Positions 30,909 to 45,900 of a stretch of DNA of 64,000 nt are shown here, piece by piece. Below the pieces are notes generated by a model, which had not been told where the DNA came from, made no database searches, and worked only from the letters and a program-made list of their open reading frames with translations. Position 1 is the first letter of the stretch; each line of letters begins with the position of its first letter. The stretch covers positions 186,001 through 250,000 of the forward strand of contig CBFFRQ010000042.1 in assembly GCA_965644315.1 (NCBI GenBank), read 5' to 3'. Source of the DNA: Caecitellus pseudoparvulus (taxonomy: Eukaryota > Protista > Bigyra: Bicosoecida). A program made the position numbers and the translations under genes.

Positions 30909-33900
30909 TCAATCTGCTCTGCTGGCAGCGGCACCGCCCCCTTCCTCTGCTTCGTCTCCCTCCTCCACGACATCCATAAAGTCAAAGCCCTCCATCACAC
31001 CTGCCCTGCTGCCAACTTGCCAGTCAGCGTCCATAGTCCAGGAATTGAGAATGCCGAGCTCCAGCTTGGCTCGGAGCGTATCCTCGTCAGTGTACTCAGG
31101 CAGCTGTAGAGTGAAGAAGCATGAGATGCCCTTTGGCAGCTTGCCCTGCTGTGCTGCTTCAGCCCCGAGTGACACCACCTTGAAGGGCTGCAGGAAGCCA
31201 TCGGGAGAAGCTGGCAGGCGCTGCCGCGCAGACACAAAGTCGAGGAACTTGCGCAGCATGCTCTGCGGCATGCTGCGCAAGACCTTCCAGAGAGCTACAA
31301 TCGTGGGGTGAGCCGAATCGAACCCGCCATCGTAACGCACGACACGCTCCAACAAGCCCACGTCCACGTGTGGCCTGCCAGCGAGCAGGGTCTCAAGCTC
31401 TTCGTGCGTCCACATGGGAAGCAGTTCGTGGGGCACAACGCTTCCTAGGCCGTGCATGAACGGCAACAGGGGCGCCTCCGTCGCGCGAGCAGCCGCTTCA
31501 ATAACTGCCTTCACGAAAGGTTCGCGCTTAGCGAAAGTCAGGCGCTGAGCTGCGCGCTCCAGCCGAGCTTTCCTGCTTGCATCATCGTCGCGGACACAGC
31601 CGACGGCAGCCACAGCCGATTCAGTCAGGGCGCGCTCCGCAAGCGCACGCTCCTCCGCCGATGCACCCTCCGCTGGCGGCTGCAAGGCTCGAAGGTGCGC
31701 GATGGCAGAGGAGAAGTCGTGGTCCAGCTCGAACACTTCTCGCTCTGATACGGGCTGACCCACCAGCGGGCGCCACACGAGGGCAGGCAGATTGACGCCC
31801 ATGAGGGCATCGTGTCGGAGCGCAGTGCCAGCCAGCACACCCAAGAAGCGCAGTGCTCGCTTGCGCGCCAAAGTCGCTTCCTTGGCTGCTGCCGCCAGGG
31901 CATCCGAGTCGGAGGTGCGCGAGCCAGACGAGGCACGAGCAATCTCTGCAACTTCTTCGTCTGAAACGCCAGCAAATACCAGCTTGTCTCGATTACCGCC
32001 CTTGCCCATAACTGCGTTCTGGCAGGGCACCAGCAGTCCCAGAGGACCAGGTGCTTCGGACCGCAGGGCAGTCTCAATAACTTGCCGGTATGGGCCACCG
32101 TTGTCGTCCACACCCTCGTTGTCAAGCTTGACGAAGAAGTTACGCTGCTGGCCAAGATCTGCCTCGTACGAGTAGTCCCTGCGGAACTGCGCAGCTTCCC
32201 ACCCCTTCACCTGAGACATCAATTGCCCGAAGACCGACGTGCGCATGCGCTCCTTGTGTGATGGGATCTGCTTCAGCTTCAGGACGTGTGCCTTCACGCG
32301 GTTCACGCTCAGCTCCGGAACAGAGCTCGCGCGCATGAAGTTCTCGCCGGCCGGCTCAGTGTACAGCACCGTCGCTGCCAGCACGCGACGCCAGTGCTGC
32401 AATTTGGTGCGGGTGAAGGCCAGGCCCCTCAGTGCCGCAACACGCCGACCCAGCGCTGAGGGGTACGAAATCTTGCCTGCATGTGCAGCAACAAGGTGAG
32501 GCCTGCTAACCGTCAAGTCTACCAACGGCAACAAGCCCTTCAAGCGCGCATTCAGTCTCAGCAGCACTGCAAAGCGAGCCTGCATGAGGGAAAGGTTGCT
32601 GGACTCAGACATCCACGCGGGGTGCCCTTCCTCGCGTGCTGCCGGGCGCAAGGCCAAGTTCTCAGGCTCCACCCCAGACTCGTCACACTGCATGTTCACG
32701 AGGCGCACAAGAGCCATGTCAGCGGCAATTGTCCACCTATCGTCATCAAGCAGCGCATCAAAGGCTTCCCGCGTCATGTCGGCACCCTTTGTGGCAGCGA
32801 GCGACGCCTTGACTGGGGTTGAGCCAGCTTCAATGGCAGCCTTCCAAGCTGCGTCAGCGGCGGCCTCAGCTGCCAACTCCCTGTCTTCTTCTGCCTGAAC
32901 ATCTGCTGGCCTGGCGTGGACAGCAACCTCGTTCAGGTCGTCAGCCTTGAAGTACCATGCCTCGGCATCTCCATCCTTGCGGTACCAGAGGCGCTGGCGG
33001 TACACCCCTACGATGGTGCTGCCCTTGCCCTGGAAGGTCACGCGGTCTCCTCCACGGAGGGCCTTGCCAGCCTTGCCCAAGCGGGCCAACACTGCTGCGC
33101 AGGCGGTGGTGGACCTGTCGTACGCCACCGCGACACCAATTCGTGTGGTGGCCTGGACGTGATGGCCCGCTGACATTGACAGCCACCTGGAGTAGCTCTC
33201 AGCTCGGAGAGCTTCTGGGATGCGCGCTCTCGCCGCTGCAGGGCGATCCCAGCGCTGCAGCAGCGTTGCAGCCTCGAGGACTGAATCCAAGTGAGCCGCA
33301 GGGGGCACAGCAGGGATGGACAGCCACTTTGTATCAGCGAGAGTAACGGGGTCGGCAGGTGAGGACAGGCCAATGATGGGGTACAGCACTCGAGAGGTTG
33401 GCCCTCCCCGGGTGCCCGAGCGAATGTACCTGAACGCGGGCCCAAAGTTGTCGTACTTGAACTCACCAAACATTTCGCCATCACGCGTGAAGGTCAGCGT
33501 GCCTTCATCCATATTCAGCAGCACTCCAATGCGGTCGTTTGGCATCATGTGCTGACCGTACAGCCGCTCAGACTGGAAAGACGACTTGACAGCCATGTAG
33601 TTCATGTACCCGTAGTCGCGCCAGGACTCCGCGTCCGACACTCGTCGTTCCGCGACGCCGACGTACAGCATGGCTCCCCCAGAGTTCGTCATGAGCTGCT
33701 CGTGCAGCATGCGCCCTTCATCTGTGAACTCGGCCTTCAAGTACACTTCCCAGTAGTGCACGCCCCCAGAGAATCCTCGAGAGCCCATGATCATGCCGCT
33801 GGATGACCTGCTGTGGGAGACCTTCTTGAGGTCATCCGTCACGTTGATACTGCGCCCCGCGACAGACTTCATCCACACGAAAGGCGTGTCTTGATCAGCC

Positions 33901-36900
33901 TGGAAGCTTCCTCGAATGGGAGCGACCCGGGGTTTCGGGCGTGGCGCACTGTTCGCTGCCAGCTTGGCTTCGTCCAGACTCTTGGCGACCGCAGCAGCGC
34001 GTTGCTCATGGTCAGCTGAGCAGGCGGCCTCATCCACTTCCTCACCCTTCACGCCATCCTCAAACTTGAAGTACTTGGGTGTCGGCTCAGCGTCGCCGTC
34101 CGCCCCGCTTGACGGCACCCACTTGTGCACTCCTTGTTGGATGCCGGCAAGCCAGTAGCCTGACCAAGTGCCTGCTTCGTCACCGGCGACAGTGAGCTCG
34201 CCAAGCCCATGCATCTGACCCAGGTGCCATTGCCCTTCGTATCGCCGGCGCACACCAGAGTGAGAGTCCTCTTCGCTCCACGTCCTCACACCGTGGCCCG
34301 TTTTCAAACCCAGGAGCTTCACTGCATCGCCCTGAGCGTAAGTCGTGAGGCCGGGCACAACCCCCTTGCCATCTGGGATGTGGCAAACACTGGAATGCTC
34401 CATGGCTTGATCGCGAAGGTCAGTGTATGCAATGCCAAGCCCTGTGCCGTTCACAAGCCACTCGATAGTGCCGTTGTCCATGTCCACTTCCACGCCGATC
34501 ACATCACCGCCAGAGAAGGGCTTGCCGTATGACCTGGAGCTGCCCTTGTGGAAGCACTCGCGGTTGGACTTGAAGCCCCATGACTGGCGCTCGCACCCCA
34601 GGTGGTTCCGCACCACAGCGCCACGGGTAGCCATGCCGACGACCACGTGGCCCTGGACGCTGAGTACCTTGGCTTCCCACATCCACTTGCCAGATGTGAT
34701 AGCCCCATCCATGACTTGCTTCCAGTTCTGCAGCTTTTCTTCGTCGGAGCCCCCAGCACGAGAGCGACTGCGCTGCAGACCCTGACGTCCGCTGGGATCA
34801 TCGTCTGCTTCGTCCGGCTTTGAGCTTGGCTCGCAATTCTGGCGGGCGGCAGCGGGCACACCCAAGATGCCGAGGGCCGTGGAGAACTCCCCTGAGCTGC
34901 GCTGCATGCTCCAAGTCGAGCCAGACGCATCTAGTTCCGCACCATCACCATGCAATGCCGGGTGAAGCACGCTGGACCCCAGGCGGGGGGCAGCGAAAGC
35001 AGGTACTGCAGCTATGGAGGCCCAGGAGCCCTGGACGACTTCACTGCTGAGAGATGCCTCAAATCGGGAGCCAGGCAGCCAAGAAAGGGCATCAGGTGCA
35101 CCTGTGAGCAGGTCGCGGAGGAAGAATGTAATCTTGCCGGGATTGTTGTGCACGTCCAGGACCGGCTCGCGTCGAGACGGCGAAAAGGGCTCAGCGGGCT
35201 CGAACCACCCTACCAGCGGTGCCTGGGCCAAGGACTCGGGCAGCTCCATTTGTCCGAGGACAATAACTGCCCCAGTCGGAAGGCTCCACGGTGTTGGAGC
35301 ATCTCCGGACGCTCCCTCCTTACTCTCGGCTGCGCCGCCTTGAACCACATCCTCTTCTTTGCTGTCACCCTCTCCCAAGCTTGCGTCTGTCCCCACACAG
35401 TGAGCGTTCCCGCAAGCCGCAAAGTTCGCCTGGAGTGCGTGCAGCGTCTCTGCAGCGCTGCTTGCCTGGGATGCACTGTTCACGCGATGCCACTTCACGT
35501 GCACAGCCTGTCGGCTCGTGCGCGCCCAAGTGCCGCCTAGCTGCTCGCACTTGTCCCTGACCAGGTACCCCACAAATTCTTTCCACCCGCTTGCATCCCC
35601 GGCGAACGCGTCCTGTACAGCCTGAACGTCAGCTTCGCTGACGTCTTCCGCAGAGAAAGGTGGTGCAGTGCCTGCGCAGTCAGCCGAAACCTTCGAGACT
35701 GACTCCAGGGCCCTCGTGTCTGCAGCGCCAGACACGTCATCTTGCTGCATCACCGGTGGCTCCGCGATAGATACCCAAGAAGTCCCACGAGTGAAGCAGC
35801 GATCTTGCTGCTCTGTCATGTCTGCCACATACTTGCCCATCCCGTCTGCCATGCGCCAGTAGCCAGCCAGGGTGGTGGGCAAGTGACCTTGGGGCAGCAT
35901 GGTATTCATGTCCCTTCGCAATTCCCCCGTGGTTCGCGCGCAGCGCCATAAACGCACTTCCATCAAGTCGCCACGAAGTGCAGAAGTTTGCGAGCCAAGC
36001 CTAGCTGCTGGAGGGGGCAGCATGTCAGAGGCCGACGGCAGTTCCAACGCATGCTGCTGGGCCGCTCCTCGTCGCTGACCGTTCACGGCGAGGGAAATTG
36101 TGCTGCCGTTTGCGACGAATGCCAGGTGGGTCCACTCGCCAACGGGAGCTTCATAACCGAAAGAGACGATCTGTCCATCTGGAGTGCCAGTGACCCGTGC
36201 ACCACTCGGCAGCTTGCCCAGCGGTCCCACCCCGCGCTTGCGACGGCGCCCTTGCTTCCCCTTCTTTGAGGCTGGGAGCGCCGAAACGCCCTTGGGCAGC
36301 ATGATTCCCACAGAGCGGCGATCCTCCCGCGCAGCAGCTCCACACTCCAACAACAACGAGAAGCCTTCCTGGGCAGAGGCGAGGATCTTGGGCTGGCCGG
36401 ACTTCGAGGCCTTTCCTGCTTCTCGGGTGCTCGCGCTTTTCTTTACTGATTCCAGCGCAGAACCACCTGAAACGTTCCGGGGAAGGCCGTCTCCTTGTGA
36501 GGGGAACCCCTTGGGCTGAGTCAAACTGGCAACGTCGCGGTCAAAACTGCTGTAGGGCTCGCGGCCCAAGGTACTCTTGAAGCCGCTGGGCGCGCCAAAG
36601 GAAGAGGTGAAATCGATGCCACCACCCCCTGGCATGGAATCGCCAGTACGCCCTCGCCCCTGAGAGGCAGGCTCCGTGCCGACACCGCCTGATGCAGCGA
36701 CGCCATCCAATGCAGCGCCACTATCAACCACCTCGATGCCGTTGAGCGCCCCAGCTCTGCCACGGCGGCGCACCCACACTTCCAAGGTCCAAGGTCCCTT
36801 GAAGTTCGGTGCTCCTCTCGCCCCTCTCACACTCACGTAGCTCATGCCGCCATGGAAAGACAACGCACTCGTGCCCTTGCTTTGTTCCTCTGCCCCAGAT

Positions 36901-39900
36901 GATGCCTCGCCCTCCGCTTGTTCCTTGGCAAAACGGAGCATGGAGGCAAACTCCACGAGGGTTTGCAGGTACCTGCTGCAGCGGGGAGAATCCTCCATCT
37001 CCGCATGCAAACGGCGCTGAGCGAGGGCCTCAAGCCTTGCAGTGGGGACGCGGCGCAGGTAGTCTCCCCACTGCACTCCGGGGAGGCCCCTGGCATGTGC
37101 CGCTTCGTCGAGGCGCCACGCACGCCCCAAGATGCCGCCTAGTCGTCTGAAGCCAGCCTCCTTGAGCCCCATGCTCGGGGACCGCAGGGTCACAGCCCAG
37201 GCAGAGAACAGCTGGCGCAGCGCAGCGTCAGCTTGCTCAATGTCTTCCACACCCCCCGCATCGCCGCTCTCGAGCAGTAAGTCAGTCAGCCACTGGATAA
37301 ACTGTAGGGACGGCTGACGCATGATGTCCCTGTCAGTAAACGACATCGATGCTGAGCCCGACCAGTTGAAAGACGCAAAATCACGATGGGCTGCCTGCTG
37401 CAATTGCAGTGCCAAGGCTTCAGCGGCAGCCATCCGCAAGGCGACTCCCTCGGTCTTGGCTTCCGAACCTTCGCCCGCCCCTTCAAGAGGGGACGCCGAC
37501 ACGATGGCCTGCTGCAGCATTCGGTGCAGCAGACTCTGCAGCGACGGCTTGCTGCCATCTAAGCAAGCAGCCCCTGAGACACCTTGACAGTGCCGGCCCT
37601 CGGCAGAGAGAGTTGCAGCGGTCGCCGCCGTGCCAGCACCCACTTCGCCTGTGCTCAAACTCGACAAGGCAGAGGTGAGGGCAGCCGCTGCCGGCGGAGC
37701 AGTCGAAGTGTGAGACGAGTGCGTTGAGCCGGCCTCGTGCTGACCCACACCCACAGTGGGCGGCCACCAAATTGGCGCAAAGCCCCGCCCAGTCTCCAAG
37801 CGAAGCAACGCGAGGAACGCCGTCACAGGGGACTGCAGTGAAGCACTTACTCGGAGGTACGCATCTTTTGTAGCGGCTGGCTTCACCTCTAGGTCTGCCC
37901 CTGCAGCGCTTGGGGTACTCGGGTCTTGAGGGGTGAGGTTCAGCCCGTTCCCCCACTCGCCCATGTACGCAGGGGCCCTGTCCCACCCTGTAACGAGGAA
38001 CTCAGTTCCAAAGAAGCCCACCAGGGAAAATGGTGCATCCTGAGGGGCAGCGTGCACCGGGTCTGCCAGAGTCCCCGTGATGCTGTCATCCCTTGCCAAG
38101 CTGAGGGAGCTCCCAGAAGCGCCCGCTGCCAGGGGCGGCGGTTGCACAGGCGCGTCGCTCTTCCCGGTAGCCCCTGGGCTGCATGTTGGCCACTGCAGAA
38201 CAAGGGCGATCAGGGTTTCTCGCGCCAGCAAAGCTGCAACGCTGGTTGCAGTGTGCACGACAGAGCTTCGTGGCTCTCGAATGTCACGAGCTCTGCTGAG
38301 ATCCTCCACCTGGGAGAAAGGAGTCGGCCCCTGCAGGTGCTTCATGCGATTACTTGCCACGGCTTGCTGCAGGCCAACAACGTCAGTGGTATCAACCTCA
38401 GCACTGCTGTCAAGGCCAAGGAAGCCTGCATCGTCATCAGCAAAGAGTATGCGGCCATCATCGCCCTGGCTGGAGCCTGGGATTTCACCGCCAAACGAGC
38501 CGAAGTCGTGCGAGCGGCGGGATCGACGGGAGAAAGGGGGGCGTGTGTCGGGGAAGTAACGGCCCGATGGGTTGTAGTGCTCGCCGCCCATTTCCTCCTC
38601 CAAAAAGTCTTCAACCTCACCGTCGAGGGGCTCCAGTTCCTCATCGGTGCTCTCCTCGCCGTCTGAAGCAAACCCACTCCCTGCATCGTCTTCTTCTCCA
38701 CCTTCGTCGAGACCCTCGTCCACACCCCCGGGCGTTGCGGCGCCGTCCTGCTCCTCAAGTGGTAGTGCTGGCGAGCCCGATTGTGGCGCAGGCGGGACAG
38801 GAGAGGCACCATCACTTGCTGTGTAGGACTGGACTCCTGCAGGAGACATCGCTGGCATGCCCCCCATGGGGCCGCCAGTGCTCGCTACCATCGACTGCAA
38901 GTCTCCCCCATGAGCGAACAGGAAGTCCGCAGCAGAAGCGACGTCGCCGCCATTTGCCGCTAAGGCATGCATGGCAGCGTCTTGGTTGAACCCAAACTCC
39001 AGAAGCTGCTGCACAGCGTGCTCCATTTGAATGGCCTGCTCTGTTGCTGAGGCAGCCTGAGCAACTTGGAAAGCCTGCATGGCATCGCCGTCAGCAGCTA
39101 GGCTGCCTTGCTGCAGCATGGCCCCAACTTCCTCGGCAATACTGGCAGCTGCAGCAGCTGCAGGGCCGCCCTCTGCGCCTGGAGAAGCGCTGCCACTCCT
39201 TTCGCGAGGACTGGATGCCCCCGTGGAGGTGCTGCCAGCTCGCTCCGAACCCAATGCAGGAATGGCAGGAGGGAGAGCACCGCCTTCGGTGGCTGTGGCT
39301 GGAGCAGCACCTTCCTCGCCAGCTTCGACGAGCTGCGGGATATCAGAATCCACTTCCTGTGGGGTCCCGAGTGAAACTGAGAAAGTCACTGCTCCCTCAG
39401 CTGGGGTCTGGAGCACTTCACTTGGCACTGCAGCTGGAGTGAGTGACGGAGAATCTGCCACAGGGGCCACCTGGGTGGCCGAGCTTGGCTGTGCAGGTGT
39501 CATGGGCGCAGCTGGAGCGCTGTCACTCCCGGGTTTGTCAGCACCGTCAGACTTTCCTTCTGTCACCCCCTCTTGATCGGCTGCAGAAGCTGGTGTAGCT
39601 TCCTCCCGCTTAACGTACGACGAGGGGTTTGCAGTAACGAGCGCCGCAGCATTCTTCAGTTTGTCACTAGCACGGGTCACGTCGGATGCCTGCTTCAGCA
39701 CCTTGAGGGCACCAGCAAGCGCTGAGCGCTTGCTCCGGTTGACAAGGGCACCACTGAGCAGCTGCAGAAGCTCATGCGCCGTCCCTCGATCCGCCAGACC
39801 ACTCAACGAGGTAGTCTGCAAGGCCATGCGTGCCAGGAGCTGGCGAGCTGGCACACCAGCGCCCACATCGTCAGGACTGCCTGACTCGGACAGGAAGGCC

Positions 39901-42900
39901 CGCGCGAAAGCGGGGAAGATGCACATAGTTCTCAGGCAAGCAAGGGAGGCAACACCAGTCCGCCAGAGAAGGCCGGAATCCATGAGGGGCCGGAGGTTTG
40001 GCACTTTGAGAGCTGCGCAAATGCTCTCCACCGATGACTCAGCACGCAGATCTGGGGCATCACCCTCCACAGGCAGCGGGGCAGAGGCAACCGTGGCAAT
40101 ACCTCGGAAAGAAAAGACAGTACCGGCACGCCAGCTGAACACTGCTGGGTACAATGTGGTGCCAGGTTCAACTCGAGCGACCAACCCAACAGTGCGCCAG
40201 CCAGAGGTATCACTCCCAAATGTCGGTTCAGCAGGGAGGGTAGGAGCCTTGTTTGACTTTGGTGGAGCCGCACCTTGCCCGAATGCTCCCCGCTGTGCAT
40301 CCCTCTTCGTACCAGCCAGAAGCTGCTCCATGTCCTCACGAGACTTTGCCCCTCGCCAGATGGCCATGAATACTTCGCCCGCCTCGGCGTTGTACACAAA
40401 GCGGACCGAGTCTCCGGTGCTGTACCTGCGGGCAAAAAATGGCCTCTCGGGCTGGCTGCGCTGGCCTGCAGGCACATCCAGCCCCAAAAACTCATACTGG
40501 TTGCCTTTTCCAGCCGCATAGTCAGGGTTTGATTCGCCGAACACCTCCAGTTTGCCACAGCCAGCTTGGACCATCATGGCATCTCGAGAGCTGTGCGAGC
40601 GGGGAAGTGGCGTGCGTGCAGCCCCAAAGTGCATGCCCTCTTCGCCTTGCGTGTCTGAGATGACCTGCATCTCCCACACCCACACGCCTTCTTGCATAGG
40701 ATGGTCCATTATTGCCACAGACTGCTCATCGTCGTCGCCGTCCAGACACAGGGCTTCAAATGGTGTCGCAGACGCCACCGACGCCCCACGTAGGGAGTGC
40801 AAATGCAAGGTGCGCTGCTTTGGTTGCAGACACAGCCCAAGGTGGAGCTCTTCATGGCTCCCCCCCGCCGCCTGACACTCTGCACCTGTGGCACTGCCGC
40901 CATGAGCTACCACACTGCCACTGTCAGCGTCAGTGCGAGGAAGGGATGCCAAGTCCACTGAGCACCCCGCCAGCCCGACACAGCCAACCGGTGCAAGGGA
41001 TCCAGAAACGAGAGCATCAGCACCGGACTGATCAGCAGCAGCAGCCTGCCTCGCGACCTGCATGTCGTCACTGGCACCCCATTGAATCGCAGCTTGCACG
41101 ACCAATGGCCACAAGCGCTGTGGAACGTGCGCGGGAACGAGGGGAACAGCGGAAATGGGCCGCATTGCTGCGATGCCGACACTCAGAACGACCTGCGGAA
41201 CTGGAACTGCAAGCGGGTCTAGCTGGAGCATGTGGCCTTGCTGCGCTCCCAGTCCTTTTGCGACATCGGCATGGAAAGCATCCTGCTCCTCCGCTTCGGT
41301 ACTCACAAGCACCGAGTAGGAACCACTTGCGCTCCCGCCCAGCGACAGCAGCACACCACTGCCGCCACGCTTCTTTACCCGGTTCACCACAGCTTGGCAC
41401 ATGCGGTTCGCGGCACCCTGCGTGTGCTCTGCAGCTGAGAGCGTTGCTGGGTGCCTGCCTGTCGCCTGTACCCCTTCACAAGACCACGTGCAAGGGTGGT
41501 TGGTGGCGGACTGAGAGAGAACCTCCACTGCCCCACCAACACGAAGGACACTGGCTTCCCCACCCAAAACCTCCAGAGCACCCATGCCCCGAGCTACTTG
41601 AATGGCAGCATCAAGCGCGGCTGACATTGTCGTATCGTCTTGGCTCGGGTTCATCAATGCGTCGTTTGATGCCACCTCCAGGTCCAGAGCTGTTTCGAGC
41701 GCGGTCGCAAGCTCTCCTGCAACGAGCCCTCGCCATGCAGGTTGGGCAAGCAGTGTGCGCAAGAGGGCAACTACTTCGCCTGAAATTTGGCTTCGGCGGA
41801 AGGGCGTGTCCACGTCAATTGCCCATGTATCAGCACGAAGGTGCTCGGAGGCTGCCAGTGTGGCAGCGACGGATTCTTCACTTTGGACTGAAGCCCCCTC
41901 ACCATACAGACGCGTGAGCATGAGCGACAGCCAGTGCGAGTCCGCGTGCACGTCTGGGGCTGCTGCTCGACCAAGCTCGTAGAGAAGAAACTGCACCAGC
42001 TCCTGGGACCCGCAATCGCTACCTGCGCTGACTGTCTTGCCGGACCACCTTGCGTGGGGCAAGTTCAAGGTAATGCTGCCAGGAGCGATGGAGGAAAGCA
42101 GCCCACGCAGCAGACGAAGCACTCGTCTGTGTACGGCCAAGGGGCCGTATTGTGCGGCAAAGAGCAGCAACGACAACCACGGGGCAGCCGTCAAGTGTTT
42201 TGCAGCAGCAGGAGACTGTGCCATAACTTCAAGAGCAGAGGTCAGCTCGTTCAACACGATGTCTGCCGCGCCCAGGTCGGCAGACGCTGAAGGGGAAGCC
42301 GAAGCTGGCTGATCACCCCACTGCTGCCCCTGAGAGTCGCCAGCGCCACTGCCGCTTGGAAGACTTGCCTCCCACCCCCAGCCTTCTGGGGCGTCCCAGC
42401 CATCTGTAAACTCGTCTGCATCATCGCCCTTTGGCACCTCTTGTGCTGCCAGCACAAGGTCCTGCCCACTCTCCAGCAGAGCCACCACATCATCTTGCAT
42501 CGAACTGGCCTGTGTTGCAGTTGGCGGCTGCTCGTCTTTTTGACCGGAGCGGGAACTGTAGCCCCCTCGGGACAGCCTGGGCTCTGTGCCAGTCGGCGGG
42601 AGGTCTGGGATGCTATCTCTGCCGTACACTCGCGACTTCTGCTCGATGCGATGTCCCTTTCGGGCCGAGCGGTACTGCTCTCCCCCTCGGCCTGACTGAA
42701 ACAGGTTGCCCCGAGCGTGCTCTTCTTGAGGTGCTCGATGCGGGGTTCCGCTCGTGTCTCGCTCACCTTGTAAGAAGTTCCCGTAATACGGAGCGCCTGA
42801 CCCTGCCGGCTGCCAGCCACCAGAAGGTGCCCCAGTCATGGCAGAGAAATCAGGCAGCCCAGAAGAGCCCCGGCCACTTTCCCGAACATGTGCCATGAAG

Positions 42901-45900
42901 CTGTTGAAGGCGTCCCTGTCTCCTGCGCTAACCGGCATAGGCATAGGGGTTGCTTGCCAGGGAAACTGCGGCTGTTCATGGCTTTCCGGTCGCGCGGGGG
43001 CGTCTGTGGCACTCCACCCCTGGCGTTGCATCTGCATGAAGGAGAGATGCTGTGCATCACTCTCCAATGCTTGAGCACCACTAAGGGCAGAGAAGGCCTG
43101 CGCGGGGGAAGCAAACGGCCGGCTCGGCTCCCTGCTTAAACCGCCGGTGCGCGTCTCCCCACCCGTGCGAGAGACGGCAGAGCCAGACACAGCCGCAGGG
43201 GCCGAGGATTTGATGGCCGGTGCCGATTCTTCTTCCTTTGAATCAGAAACAGCGCCTGAAGAAACTCCGAGAGTGGCGGCGTCTTGTGCGGCTGCAAGAG
43301 CAGCCAATGCAACGGCACGTTCTTGCTCAGCGACAGAAGCACGATCAGCTGCTTGTTTGCTCGCAGACTTGGCAGCTTCGGAGGGCGTCAAGTGGCTGCG
43401 CCGGTAATCTTCAACGCGCAAAACCACCCCAAGGGCTTCTCGCAGCTGTGTGTACAGCACCATAAACGCAGCATCTGGCAGAGCTCCTGCATCTGCAGCC
43501 TCGTCCACATCTGGGCTGAGAAGAGAGGCCGCAGCTTTCGTTTCTTCGGGGGAAAGGCCGGCAGAGAATCGCTGGGGGCTTGGTAATGCTGCCTCAGTTG
43601 CGGACATCTGCCCTGCAGAGCTCTCTCCGACAGTCAGGCTCGCAGAAGCAACAAGGGGCGCTGGACCTGGAGGGGGCGGAATCGGCTCTGAGCTGATTCC
43701 TGTGCCAACTTCAGCGGCAGCTTGCAAGAGAGTCTGGGCACTGGCCTCTGAGGTGAGGGCAGCTGGGCTAGGCTTCAAGCAGCACGAGCCAGACGCAGCT
43801 TGGAGAAGGCAGGAAGTCAGGGCTTTGGTGGCGCTGTTCTCCAGCAGCAGAACATGACCGCCAATGCCATCCACAAGAGGGCCTCGGGGCACTGGCCTCG
43901 TGGAGAGCCCAACGATGTCCGTGGGAGGCTTGGGGTGGGATGCCACCGGTGCAAACTTGCCAGTTGTCAACGCTCGCACACGGGAGAGCAGACTGGTGAG
44001 GAGTGGAATGGTGCCACATCGAGCCGCAAGAGCTGCTATGCGGGGTGTCCAGCGAAGCATGACAGCGCGACACAGAGTGGTCGCAGCAGCCAGAGCGTGC
44101 AGCATGAGAGGCGCGGTCGCTTGGGCAGTCAAGCTCTCCTGCCCAAAGGACGACAGGGCTTGTCCAAGCAGTGCCAGACCTGCTCGCTGCACAGAAATGT
44201 CCGCTTTCTGTTTGGAGTTCGGAATGCTCGGAAAGTGGAGGCCGTTGCAATCGCCCCCATCCTCGGCTGCACCAGACCACTGCATGACATGGTACGCTGG
44301 CAACTGCAGGGTTGTTGCCTTGACACAGTCGCTGGCCGTCGCAATGGCTCGAGACGCAGCTGCGAACAGTTGGGAGTGGGACTTCTCCAATTCTGCCACC
44401 AAGCGTGGAGGGCAGCTCGCGAGGTTCTGTCCAGTGCGAGGAAGCACCGCGTCGACACCGTGGCGACTTGCTGCACTGTGCATCATGTACGTCGGGGCCC
44501 GTTGCGCTGATCTACCATTGAGTTTGAAAGGGAACGGCAGTGCACCAGAGGGAACCTTGGTTCTGCTGTACGCTGCGTTTGTCCCTGTCATAGGTCCCGA
44601 CAGAAGGCGAATGACCTGCCATGTCACGGCACTCCGGACAACTGAGGTGGCTCGCGAGACTTTCTGGCGCACATCGTTGGCCCACGCAAGCCGCATCAGC
44701 TCTTCTGCTTGAACCATACCTTGGCACATGAGACTCGCTTGGCACTGAGCGGAGTTTGCCTCGAGCAGCAAAGCAGGGATGCTAAGGGAACGCTCTGCAG
44801 TGAATGCCGAGATGAGAGACACTACCTCGGCCGCAGCCAGAGGCACAGCGTGAGGGCTGTCGCTGCCAATAGCAGGGCTCAGGCCCGTCACGAGCAGTCG
44901 ACAGCGTCGAGAGACCAGGGCAATTGCTTCTGCAACCGAGAACGGTGCGAACGTGCTGCCTGGAACAGGCTTCGAGTCGGACGGCAAGGTAATCGGCAAC
45001 TCCCCTCCGCACCAGGAGACCTTCCCACCTACGACGCTCATCCAGTGCTGACGAGCACTTTTGGCAGCAGCCCAAGCAGTCAGTAGCAGCTCTGATGGTT
45101 GAGGCTCAGCCCCATCCTGAAGCTGCCTGCAAAGCTCCCTGGCGGCACTCACAGCACCCGTGTGCAGAACAACTGCAGCTGCCACCGCTCGGCCAAGAGC
45201 GTCAAAGGGAGCCAGCCTCCGGCGCAGTGCACCAGCATCTTTGCAACCTGCTTGCTTGATCATGAATGTGTGGAGAGGCAGCGCGGATGGAGCCCCTTCA
45301 AGCAAGTCAAGAGCAAACGAGGTGTCTGAACAGGGCGGGTGCGCCCCAGCCACTCGCCCACTGCAGGTCACATCGAGAGAGAGAGGACCTTCGACAAACC
45401 CACCTTGCATCAAGGGGGACGTGCACCATCGAGCTGCGGTGGCCCTGACAGAACTGTAAGATTCTTGGGCCACTCGGTCTTGCACACCTCCAGGTCGCTT
45501 GGCGGCATCGGCATCCCATACTGATTTCAAGTGGAAGCCCTCGCGGAGCCGTTCGTGCTCAGTGCTCCCAGCAGTGTACTCAACCATACTGGACGCCTGA
45601 GATAGCGGGGACACAGCCATCTTGGCCGCACAGTGTGCCGCTAGACCTGCGTTCAATACGACCATGTTCAAACTGGACAGGGGAGAGTCACGCAGAGTAC
45701 CAAGAGCACACCGCTGCATCGACATGGCACGCTGAAGCGGACGCAGGGCGTCTTGAAGGCTGGTGTGGCCACGGCGGACGAGTCGCATCAACACCAAGGA
45801 CGCGTCGTCGAAGGATAAACCAGGCTCGTCGCTGGAAGCTGCCTCCACACCCTCGTCTTCCCCGTCTGAACTGTCAGCATCACCTTGTGTGGCTGCCTGT